Shown here: in pieces, positions 17,501 through 24,100 of the stretch
How positions within the stretch are numbered: the first letter of the stretch is position 1
How the letters are laid out: every line of letters begins with the position of its first letter
Source of the DNA: Breznakia blatticola
GTDB taxonomy: Bacteria; Bacillota_I; Bacilli_A; Erysipelotrichales; Erysipelotrichaceae
Assembly: GCF_004365815.1 (NCBI RefSeq)
Contig: NZ_SODD01000033.1
Span: 1-29,699, forward strand
DNA: 29,699 nt
Reading direction: 5' to 3'
Notes under the pieces: generated by a model
What the model saw: only the letters and a program-made list of their open reading frames with translations
Databases searched by the model: none
What the model was told of the DNA's origin: nothing
Program-made: the position numbers and the translations under genes

Positions 17501-18881
17501 CGTAGTAGATAATACAAAAGATGGAACATGGCAATTTGTTGGCTATGATGTAGATTCAATTACCATTAATAAAGCCAATGCAACATTTACTGGTACATGG
17601 AAATTCGTGGCAAACACATACGAAGTAGATTACAAATTCGTCGCAAAAGATAGAAGTGTATTACCAAGTGATGTGACGGATTTACTACCAAGTAAACATA
17701 CAGGAAAAGTACATGGTGATAGCGTAGTTGCTACACAACCGTTAGTTGATGAGGTCGTGGTAAGTGATGGTAAATGGGTATTTAATGGTTATGATACAGA
17801 TCCAATTGTCATTAATAAAGCAAGTGCGACATTCACTGGAGAATGGGAATATATTGCAAACCCAGTAGTTAATGAATATGTCGTAAACTACAAATTCGAA
17901 AGTGAAGATCCAAGTATTTCACTACCAAGTGAGTTGATGGACTTCTTGCCAACAGAACATCAAAATGTGCATGATACAGACGTTGTAAATGCAACCCTTC
18001 CAAGTCAAACAACGTATGTAGATGCTGCAAAAGATGGCGTTTGGGAATTTGTTGGATACAATGTGAACACATATACAATTGCAGGTAAAAATGAAACATT
18101 CACAGGAACATGGCGTTTCACTGCAAATGAATATGAAGTAGATTACACATTCGTATCAAATGATGGAAGTCCTCTTCCACTTGAAGTATTAAACCTACTA
18201 CCACAAAAACATGAACAACTTGTTAATGGAAATGTCGTAACACTAGTACAACCAACATCAACAAGTGTAACTGTCACTGGTGGAAAATGGGTATTCAAAG
18301 GATATGGAATGGACAGCATTACCATCAACAAACAAGATGCAACAGCTACAGGAACTTGGGAATTCATAGCTGACACACCAGTAGTGAAATATTCAATTAC
18401 GTACTATGTAATTGAAGCGGATGGTTCATACAAAGCTGTGAAAGTGGAATTCTTTAATAAAGATGAGGTTGTTCTTGTCTTAGATGGTTCAACATTCAAA
18501 CGTGAAGGATACACATTTGTTGGTTGGAATACAAGCAAAGATGGTTCAGGAACTATGTATGATTCTAATGCTTCACTAACAATCAGTGGTGCAAATGTGG
18601 AATTATATGCAATTTGGAAAAAAGATGTTGTAACGCCACCAAAAGACGATACAACACCACCAAAAGATCCGAGTGTTCCACCAATCGTGGATCCTAGCAA
18701 ACCAACCGATCCAAGTTTACCAAGCAAAGGAAACAATACATCTACAAAAGGTAGTGGTTCTAATGTAAGTACAGGAACACAAAAAGTAAGTAAAAGTGTG
18801 CTTCGTAACACATTTGCACTAGTTGGTTCTCTTGCAGTAATCGGTGTACTATTTAGTAGAAAGAAACGAAAAAAATCGTAA
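11550..18881 (+). CDS. Giant modular cell-surface protein (BNR propeller head + Flg_new repeats + SHIRT-like repeats + C-terminal anchor)
   Basis: 2443-aa uninterrupted ORF with GGAAGGA SD. The signal peptide is MKKYISKSIMIVVVIMGMLLS. Domain content is listed in the sub-features. After a Pro-rich spacer (TPPKDDTTPPKDPSVPPIVDPSKPTDPS) comes a C-terminal hydrophobic stretch ALVGSLAVIGVLF and a basic tail SRKKRKKS. Confidence 0.9.
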   Translation: MKKYISKSIMIVVVIMGMLLSDLSVLFGQDLSVLRKENEITTQSSDLDAHTIGPGGGGALFNPIVNPQDENNLLMTTDMSGSFTSVDGGKSWVQRNLGGSAKFSFSKHDPNVVYAYNTHIWVSHNKGLDYERFYPTKENIKETVSGIQEGVEFTYHDASATPKSRVMALEVDPDDPNTIYYFQRGQKDQAVPELVKTTDNGKTWEVLAQWPMNTMSAWQYSPTSIEKYVKIHIDPESPKDERRIGLYTSDGFFEIIDNGSKTYKTLSTMTSRNGDMYYDPVTKKMVIYAIENIITYDKNGNEVYTYLDLMKTEDEGRTWTNISNGSVEPEAGSDITYYGVAVYDENVYLTYTSSKGKHNSLGTGVTKSTDGGKTWETVLKGWDSKNIVEHNWTELFSARSLSVAWNGLNRGISVCKSNPDIVMVSTHGNAYISRDGGATWYDTNSDFDAETAFGKTRGVDQITSWDVDVDPFDENHMFISYSDVGLFESKDGGDTWRRSQNNGIPHQSYYSNSAYSLEFDPDIEGLVFAGMNGCHDLNIGTYIIDILKLADLTKQDENKTGFRWVGGMLRSTDGGATWSATGTLGTQPVREDDGITGLPDRAMVTSVVIDPNSPKEIDKRVVYASCIGYGVYRSTDGGIHWEKYNMGMEDEPYQMPWRLEYNADYSRLYVVFAQMGGGAKTGTEEGKLALIDYHPGDGPVYYLERGQDTWTKLASMPSNANSNANMESSWKGNDYVSVFSGVSFDSKGNIYASGKVASLNGTPGKREFGGGWVSGDDGHTWKLIYPSNENVYDLQVDSRNDNVLYLCNTTGGEVYVSYKGADTTFDDWIKLDGFQFTVPTRVIEDSRDPKYMYTTTFGGGVWHLELPQAVVTEQHTITYDGNGMTAGAAPVDTNATYAKKSKVKVLGTATMKNTGKTFIGWNTKADGSGDMYQEGDEYYLVRNTVLYAQWRDTNTKLNVVYDANDATSGSVPVDSDSPYTVNSEVTVLDNTDLVKDGYRFVGWNTKADGSGTNYVADDTFVAVDDVTLYAQFSKLYTVTYHNMDATEGDTPVDTKQYIAGERADILNSAGLEKDGYVHRGWSTSEDYTGGVYKEGSSIPIKGDVDLYAYWKPELHMYYDGNGNTHGSAPVDTNRYADIDVIKALDYGTLVKENYEFDSWNTEPDGSGTTYKLNAQFMIKEDLTLYAQWKKLEDKEEDVTVVYSRSQATAGSAPVDANSPYEYGSLVKVMDKGDLERDGYIFAGWRNIAVGGSKIYKPGQYMVVTSNVLFYPQWVDENDVTYNITYNGNGQTAGSKPIDINAPYKGSEKATILGQGTLLKNGFEFVGWNTQADGRGITYQPDQVVQFDGDVTLYAQWRDKSIPLSVSYDANGATSGSVPVDTGSPYTLKDPVVVADKLDLVKDGYIFTGWNTSPKGSGDSYQPNETFNILNDTILYAQWSKELHVTYHGTQAESGNVPTDSSIYVKNDNVTVKDNVDLVKENHFFLGWNTKEDYSGTLYKPNATFTIREDVDLYAQWVPAKKIIYDGNGHTHGSVPVDPKEYNENERAKLAYKGDLVKDGYEFKGWNTEADGSGKTYKENDPVIMTSQLKLYAKWEKITDTSKEWTVVYYAADSAVTGSAPVDASSPYKNGDLVQLKGPGDMKKEGYKFVGWTNRMVSAPIIYKEGQYVTITNNMIMWSLWEKVDAEAEKFTLTYDGNGHTSGSVPVDTSSPYLATDSIQAKAVGDLVRDGYTFAGWNTKADGKGIAYNAGDTFTISSDTILYAQWTKDAVYEVNYTFVSQDPSLTLPSDVTDLLPSKHTNVANGATVNKVDPTSTSVVDNAKGGTWQFVGYDVNTITINKANATFTGTWKFVPNTFEVDYKFVSNDGSTLPSDVTDLLPSKHTNVANGVTVNKVDPTTTSVVDNAKGGTWQFVGYDVDSITINKANATFTGTWKFVPNTFEVDYKFVSNDGSTLPSDVTALLPSKHTNVANGATVNKVDPTVTSVVDNTKDGTWQFVGYDVDSITINKANATFTGTWKFVANTYEVDYKFVAKDRSVLPSDVTDLLPSKHTGKVHGDSVVATQPLVDEVVVSDGKWVFNGYDTDPIVINKASATFTGEWEYIANPVVNEYVVNYKFESEDPSISLPSELMDFLPTEHQNVHDTDVVNATLPSQTTYVDAAKDGVWEFVGYNVNTYTIAGKNETFTGTWRFTANEYEVDYTFVSNDGSPLPLEVLNLLPQKHEQLVNGNVVTLVQPTSTSVTVTGGKWVFKGYGMDSITINKQDATATGTWEFIADTPVVKYSITYYVIEADGSYKAVKVEFFNKDEVVLVLDGSTFKREGYTFVGWNTSKDGSGTMYDSNASLTISGANVELYAIWKKDVVTPPKDDTTPPKDPSVPPIVDPSKPTDPSLPSKGNNTSTKGSGSNVSTGTQKVSKSVLRNTFALVGSLAVIGVLFSRKKRKKS
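11700..13895 (+). other. BNR/Asp-box beta-propeller region (GH74- or sortilin/Vps10-like)
   Basis: A GPGGGG motif is followed by at least nine Asp-boxes: SVDGGKSW, TTDNGKTW, TEDEGRTW, STDGGKTW, SRDGGATW, SKDGGDTW, STDGGATW, STDGGIHW, SGDDGHTW. They are spread over about 700 aa. Confidence 0.75.
14172..16850 (+). repeat. Eleven tandem Listeria-Bacteroides (Flg_new / InlB-B-type) repeats of ~81 aa, coding
   Basis: The recurrent pattern is (I/V)xYDGNG.T.G..P.D...Y.......L....L.K.GY.F.GWNT..DGSG..Y.......I..D..LYAQW. A twelfth unit lies at 18390-18617. Confidence 0.85.
16860..18374 (+). repeat. Six tandem SHIRT-like rod-domain repeats of 84-86 aa, coding
   Basis: Unit starts are at 16860, 17115, 17367, 17619, 17877 and 18132. 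The pattern is YEVDYKFVS.DGS.LPSDVT.LLPSKHT....G..V......T.V.....G.W.F.GYD...ITINK..ATFTGTWKF. The SHIRT family assignment is from memory. Confidence 0.7.
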
Positions 18882-18921
18882 TATGATATAAGCAACGGAG
18901 ATGTTCCTCTTCGATTACTTC

Positions 18922-18951
18922 AGGACTGACCCTTTGGGTTGGTCCTTTTTT
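18922..18951 (+). terminator. Rho-independent terminator of the 2443-aa gene
   Basis: AGGACTGACCC / GGGTTGGTCCT form an 11-bp stem (two G-U pairs) with loop TTT, followed by T6. Confidence 0.8.
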
Positions 18952-18955
18952 CGTG

Positions 18956-18982
18956 TAAAAAAGACACCTTTTTACGGTGTCT
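18956..18982 (-). terminator. Rho-independent terminator of the kinase/regulator operon
   Basis: On the minus strand the sequence reads AGACACC-GTAAAAA-GGTGTCT-TTTTT, 7 nt after the kinase stop. It sits back-to-back with the plus-strand terminator. Confidence 0.75.
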
Positions 18983-18988
18983 AGATGA

Positions 18989-20302
18989 TTATATAGCGGT
19001 TAATGGAATCACTATTGAACTGTAAAACTGGTTACGATCATTTGAAAACTTACAATATCCATTATATGAACTAACAATGGTTGAAATTGAAGAAAGTCCA
19101 ATGCCAGAAGGTGCATTTACTTTTGAAGAAATGTAGGTATCCTCATGCTTTTGAATATTGGAACCATGACAACTATTATCCATCGTAATTACAAGGTTTT
19201 CTCTTGTAATACACATATGTAATTTAATATTTGTAGCTTCATTTATGTCACTACAACTCTCAATTGCATTTTCTAGTAAATTACCAACGACAATGCATAA
19301 ATCACTATCTTTAACTGCAGTAATTTCAGTTGGTAAATCACAAGCAATGCGCGTTTGGATATTTGCATGACTAGCAACATCATAATAGAAGTTTAAAATT
19401 GCATTTAAATTAATGTTATTTGTGAAACGTACATGATCACTGGTTGCAATACTTTCACTCAAACTTGATATGTAGTCATTCAATTCATCATATGCATTTT
19501 GTTGCAGCAAGGTGTGCATCAAACGATATTGATGTTTTTGATCGTGACGGAGTTGTTGCGATTTTTCAAAGTAGCGACGAATTGTTTCATATTCATCGTG
19601 TAAAATCTCTAAGTGTTTTTTCTCACCTTGTAATTTGGAAATCGTTTGTGCCGTATCTACATTGACTTCAATTAAGTGAAATAGCACACTGATGGTTACT
19701 ACTTCAACAACTGCCATTACACACATATACAATGTAAAGATAATTGGTTTTGCAATACTTGTAAAACCGATTGATGTAATTGCAATCGTGAAGACAGTAG
19801 GAAGTAACCAATAGGTTTTCCAATTTGTTAATTGTAATTTCTCAATAGTGGAATATACAAAATTCGACAAGACAAATTGTGCGATGCATCCTCCAATAAT
19901 CATACAAATGGTACTCCAAATCATCATAATTGTGTCATAATCTAAATTTGCCATAGATGTAAATCCATAGGCAAAGGCGATTAAGCCATCAGATAATAAG
20001 GCTAGCAATACAAAGACGTTGGTAGCAAGTGCAACAACAAAGGCACTTTTATATATCGACACTTGAAGCACATGGTGATGATACAACAAGCCACAAATCA
20101 AAAAGATTGGTAGTAATAAATTGAATACATATCCATCTGCAAGTGCACTTATTAGTGCAAAGATACAACTTGCCATAAAGGAAGTAACTAGAACACTAGA
20201 TAATGAAACGACCAGTTCCTTGCGAACGGGATAAAAACTTAATAACACACCAATCATTAAGATAATGATTCCATGAACATAGCTAAACATATCAAATGTC
20301 AT
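18989..20302 (-). CDS. AgrC/ComD-like (HPK10-type) membrane sensor histidine kinase, GHKL ATPase
   Basis: Six to seven N-terminal hydrophobic segments, H-box QLRHDQKHQ, N-box GNLLENAIES, G-box SGIGLSSIS. The ORF-track start (20326) is a TTG. I prefer the ATG at 20302 (GGTGA 4-5 nt upstream), which overlaps the regulator stop; the ATG at 20290 is also possible. Confidence 0.85.
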   Translation of the reverse strand: MTFDMFSYVHGIIILMIGVLLSFYPVRKELVVSLSSVLVTSFMASCIFALISALADGYVFNLLLPIFLICGLLYHHHVLQVSIYKSAFVVALATNVFVLLALLSDGLIAFAYGFTSMANLDYDTIMMIWSTICMIIGGCIAQFVLSNFVYSTIEKLQLTNWKTYWLLPTVFTIAITSIGFTSIAKPIIFTLYMCVMAVVEVVTISVLFHLIEVNVDTAQTISKLQGEKKHLEILHDEYETIRRYFEKSQQLRHDQKHQYRLMHTLLQQNAYDELNDYISSLSESIATSDHVRFTNNINLNAILNFYYDVASHANIQTRIACDLPTEITAVKDSDLCIVVGNLLENAIESCSDINEATNIKLHMCITRENLVITMDNSCHGSNIQKHEDTYISSKVNAPSGIGLSSISTIVSSYNGYCKFSNDRNQFYSSIVIPLTAI

Positions 20303-21017
20303 GAGAATCACCACGCGTGCTTTCAATTAAGAAATCGTGCCATTTCTGCTTGATTTCTTCTGCACCTTTCTTTCGAATATAAATTTTAGCTCCATTTTCC
20401 ATAATGAAGTCTTCTTCAAGTTTTTTTACGTAGTTGAAGTTTACGATGTAGGAGCGATGTGTGCGCACAAATGATGATGGTAATAATTGTGACATTACAT
20501 CGATTGATAGGTGTACACATATTGGACCATCTGTAGTATGAATCATTGTGTTCTTTCCATAGATTTCAATATACATAATTCGCTGGCAAGCAACATCAAT
20601 CCGCTTTCCTTCACTCACAAATGGAATGTATCGTACATCTTCTTTTTGTTTACGTACTTGTTGGAGTACTTGATTGATGTCCTCTGATTTTACGGGTTTG
20701 ATTAGGTATTGTAGGGCTTGTACACGATATCCAACAAGCGCATATTCATTATTCGATGTTGTAAATACAAGTTGGGTATGGCTGTCTTGTTTGCGAATGT
20801 GCTCGGCAAGCGTAATCCCATTAATTTCTTTCATGCAAATATCTAAGAAAATAACGTCATAGATAAATGGTTGCATGTGTTCAATAAACTCTTCACCACT
20901 TGTAAATGCTTCAATTTGCGTTTCAAATCCACTTTGTGCAAGTAATTGTTTAAGATGTGTAGCATCAGCAGTATTATCTTCACAAATTGCGATTCGTATC
21001 AATTGTGTCATGCTCAT
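20292..21017 (-). CDS. LytTR-family response regulator
   Basis: Receiver domain motifs are IAICEDN, VIFLDICM and YLIKPV. The C-terminal LytTR DNA-binding domain contains MYIEIYGKNTMIHT...FVRTHRSYIVNFNYV. A GGGGGG SD lies 9 nt upstream of the ATG. Confidence 0.92.
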   Translation of the reverse strand: MSMTQLIRIAICEDNTADATHLKQLLAQSGFETQIEAFTSGEEFIEHMQPFIYDVIFLDICMKEINGITLAEHIRKQDSHTQLVFTTSNNEYALVGYRVQALQYLIKPVKSEDINQVLQQVRKQKEDVRYIPFVSEGKRIDVACQRIMYIEIYGKNTMIHTTDGPICVHLSIDVMSQLLPSSFVRTHRSYIVNFNYVKKLEEDFIMENGAKIYIRKKGAEEIKQKWHDFLIESTRGDSHDI

Positions 21018-21062
21018 ATGATAAAATCCCCCCGTTCAAGTCTTCTATTCTTTACCATAGCC

Positions 21063-21077
21063 ATTATACGTTGTCAA
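21063..21077 (-). promoter_or_regulatory. Candidate -10 element for the regulator/kinase operon, with a misplaced TTGACA
   Basis: The minus strand reads TTGACA-ACG-TATAAT. The perfect TATAAT (21068-21063) is about 45 nt upstream of the regulator ATG, but no -35-like hexamer is found at 16-18 nt. Confidence 0.3.
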
Positions 21078-21113
21078 CAACTTTTCGCGCTACTGAAAGG
21101 ATTGGTGTACCCC

Positions 21114-21142
21114 TCTAGAATGGCATGAATTATGTGTATAAT
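21114..21142 (+). promoter_or_regulatory. Candidate promoter of the 2387-aa surface protein gene
   Basis: Perfect TATAAT (21137-21142) lies 25 nt upstream of the ATG at 21168. The -35 is weak (TCTAGA, 21114-21119) at 17-nt spacing. Confidence 0.35.
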
Positions 21143-21167
21143 TGAACATATCGAAGGGAGATGTAGT

Positions 21168-24100
21168 ATGAAAAAGATTACAGTTGTACTGTTATCCGTT
21201 TTTATTGTGCTTACAAGTTTACAGCTACCCATCCTACCAAAGGATGCAAAACTAACGGAATACGTAACAAGTACGAAAGAAAATACCACGGTGTATGTGG
21301 ATAAAGATAATGGTCGTTTTGCCATTTTAGAATGTCATGATGAACCTCATGAGGATCGATTGGGAACGACAATATTTGAAATTGAAGGAAAGGTATATAC
21401 ATATGGTTCAAGTGATGTAGCACTTGAAACGATGTTTGAAGCACCAACAATTGATGATGAAGGTGCTATTCAAAGTGTTTGGTATGTAAAACAATACCAA
21501 ATTGTACAATCGATTTCCTTCGTTGAAAGTGATGATCAAAAAAGCTATGGTGTAAGTATTCGCTATGATGCATTTGAAAATGGAGTACCACTAACAAATG
21601 TAAAAGCAATGAGCATCATTCCGATTACGTATAAAGATTCGCAAACGTTATATTTTGATGACACAGAAGTTAAGCAAGCAACAACGTTTACAGATAAAAT
21701 ACCAACTGGATTTGTAAGTAGTGATAATGACGGGTCAGTCTATGGACAGTTTTCAAGTTGTACAAGCAAAGTACAAATTGGTTCACTTGCACAAATGCAA
21801 AATAAACAATTTGCGTATGCGACAAAGGATGACTCACTTGAAGATGCTGCATTAGCAGTAACTTTTGAAGGTGCATTAACAGAAACAGAACCATACATTT
21901 CAACGATTGTTGGATATACAGCAAAAAAAGAAGTGAAAGCAACTGAAAAGATTGCGACACAAGCATCGTCTACTGAAAACTATCAAGATACTTTTGTTAC
22001 AAAAAAAGGTGATGTAAATGATGGTGTTGATCTACTTGGATATCTATCAGGAACTGATACGAAAAACACTCTAGGAGTGAAAAAGAAAGTTAGACTTGGT
22101 TCTGGAACTGTGCCTGATTACAGTGCAGAATGGGTTTCAAAAGATACAGCACCATTTGGATTTCCTAATGTATTTACATACTGGCACGAAAACAAAAGTC
22201 GTCGTTTCCTTTGGGATGTACTTCCTGGAGAAAAAACAGGTGAAGTTCTATTAGTTGCCAATGAACTATTTAAAATCAATCGATTCCAGAATCCAAATAC
22301 TATAGATGCAAAAGATGGGTTGCTTTGGTCAAACTCCGATTTAAATCTCTATATGAACGGTGAAGGAAGCGACTCATTTGCCACAAATTTCAATTCCTCA
22401 GAATTAGTGAATATGCCAACTTCACATGTTGTGAGTTATTCTGGATCAAAAGAGTACAATGGACAAACTGTCAAACTATATGATGAAACGGATGGACGTT
22501 TCTTCTTACCGTATTACATTACCAATGCAATTGAAAAATCAAATTCAAAAAATCAAGATGCACAAAAGCGTCTAATTGGATTTGGTAGTGATCAAAAAAC
22601 AGCAGAAGAAACAGGAACTACACAGTATTATGAAGGTGGTGCTGTTGGTAGAGGTGCTGCAAGTAGTTTTCTAACGGAATACCTAGGGAAACCAAATCGT
22701 TTATTTGTATCAGAGGCACCATATTTCTTACGAACGATACAAGATGGAAAGCCGACAGTTTATGATTTCTTTTATCAATTTGCAAAAAATGATAGCGAGA
22801 AAGTATTCGCGAATACCATTTTGCCAATGGATCCAGATACGTATATGTATTTCCGTCCAATTACAAAACTTCAAGTAAAAAATATTGTAGATATTCAATC
22901 AGAAAAACTTACATTGACTCAAGATAATGTCGCAGATATTGAAGCGAATGTTGGTTCATTAACCATTGCTGGTCTTAAAGACAGTAGCCAAGATATTTTG
23001 AAAGATGGATTGCTACTCGAGCGTGAGTTTTCTATTCAAAGCCAATTACCAGAAGGCGCAAATCCTGGTTCTTATTATCTAAAATACAAAGTTGTTGATA
23101 CCGATGAAAATGGAGTACGTACGATTGTCAGTCGCGGAAGTTCTAGCGATCTTACAAAACTTAGCATTGCACCAACCGACTTAGTAAAAGGGACTACGTA
23201 TGATGTATATGTATGGTTAGAAAAATCATCAACGACGCGCTCAAATGAGGCAACTCGTCCAATTCATTTTCAAGCATCTCTTGATGAAAGCGAATATAGT
23301 GTAAAAGCCGACATAGATGCAAGTGCAACAACCGAATCAAAAACACTAGAAATTACGGATGTCGATGGACAAGCAAAAACAAGTTTTGCGCCATATGAAG
23401 TTGTTGCTTTCAAAGGTGCGAAAGTTAAAAATACGGATACACATAAATTGCAATTACGTGTAAAGCGTGATGGAACTGACATAGAAGTTCCATATACATA
23501 CGATGTGAAGAGTGAAACATATCGTTTCCTTATGCCAAAAGGAAATGTGACAATTTATGTTGAAGCAATTAGTAAAAGTCAAAGAAGCATCTCAATTCTA
23601 GGAAAAGAAAATCGTGAATATCTAACAAACGCTACAGTATCGACAAATTCTGTATATGCAAATGATACAGTTACAATCGATGCACGTGTGGATTATAGTG
23701 ATTACTATTTAGATGCAGTTGAAGTATATGAGCGCGATTACAATTTTGAACTAGAAAAAACCGAAGAAACTCCAGTAAATGTGTTTACAGATACACACAT
23801 CAAATCATTTGGTGAAGAAAGTACGATTTCATTTACAGTTCCTGAAGGTGAAAAAGACTTCATTATATATGTAAATGTGAAAAAGAAACCAAGTTATCGA
23901 GTTGAAATTGATTTAGGTGACATGGATTATATTCGTAGTACAAATAGTGCGTTTGAACTATATGGAAATAAGCTGATTGCAAAAGATGTTGCTCCTGGTC
24001 AACGCATTAAATTGGATGTCCAATCCATCCAAGCATATCGTGGGTTTACTGTAGGTCAACTTGAAGGAGTGGATGCTACAAACATTAAAGTGGATTCACA

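Noticed and set aside
16860-18374. Regular ~252-bp tandem repeats that could superficially suggest a CRISPR-like or satellite array.
   Set aside because: The units are in-frame protein-domain repeats inside one long ORF, with no short repeat/spacer structure and no cas genes.
21028-21033. C6 (G6 on the minus strand) homopolymer forming the SD of the LytTR regulator gene, considered as a slipped-strand phase-variation tract.
   Set aside because: Six nucleotides is shorter than tracts known to phase-vary appreciably. It is adequately explained as a G-rich Shine-Dalgarno.
21336-21350. HDEPH in the N-terminal region of the giant protein, considered as a zinc-metalloprotease motif.
   Set aside because: The spacing is H-x3-H, not HExxH, and there is no downstream third ligand context.
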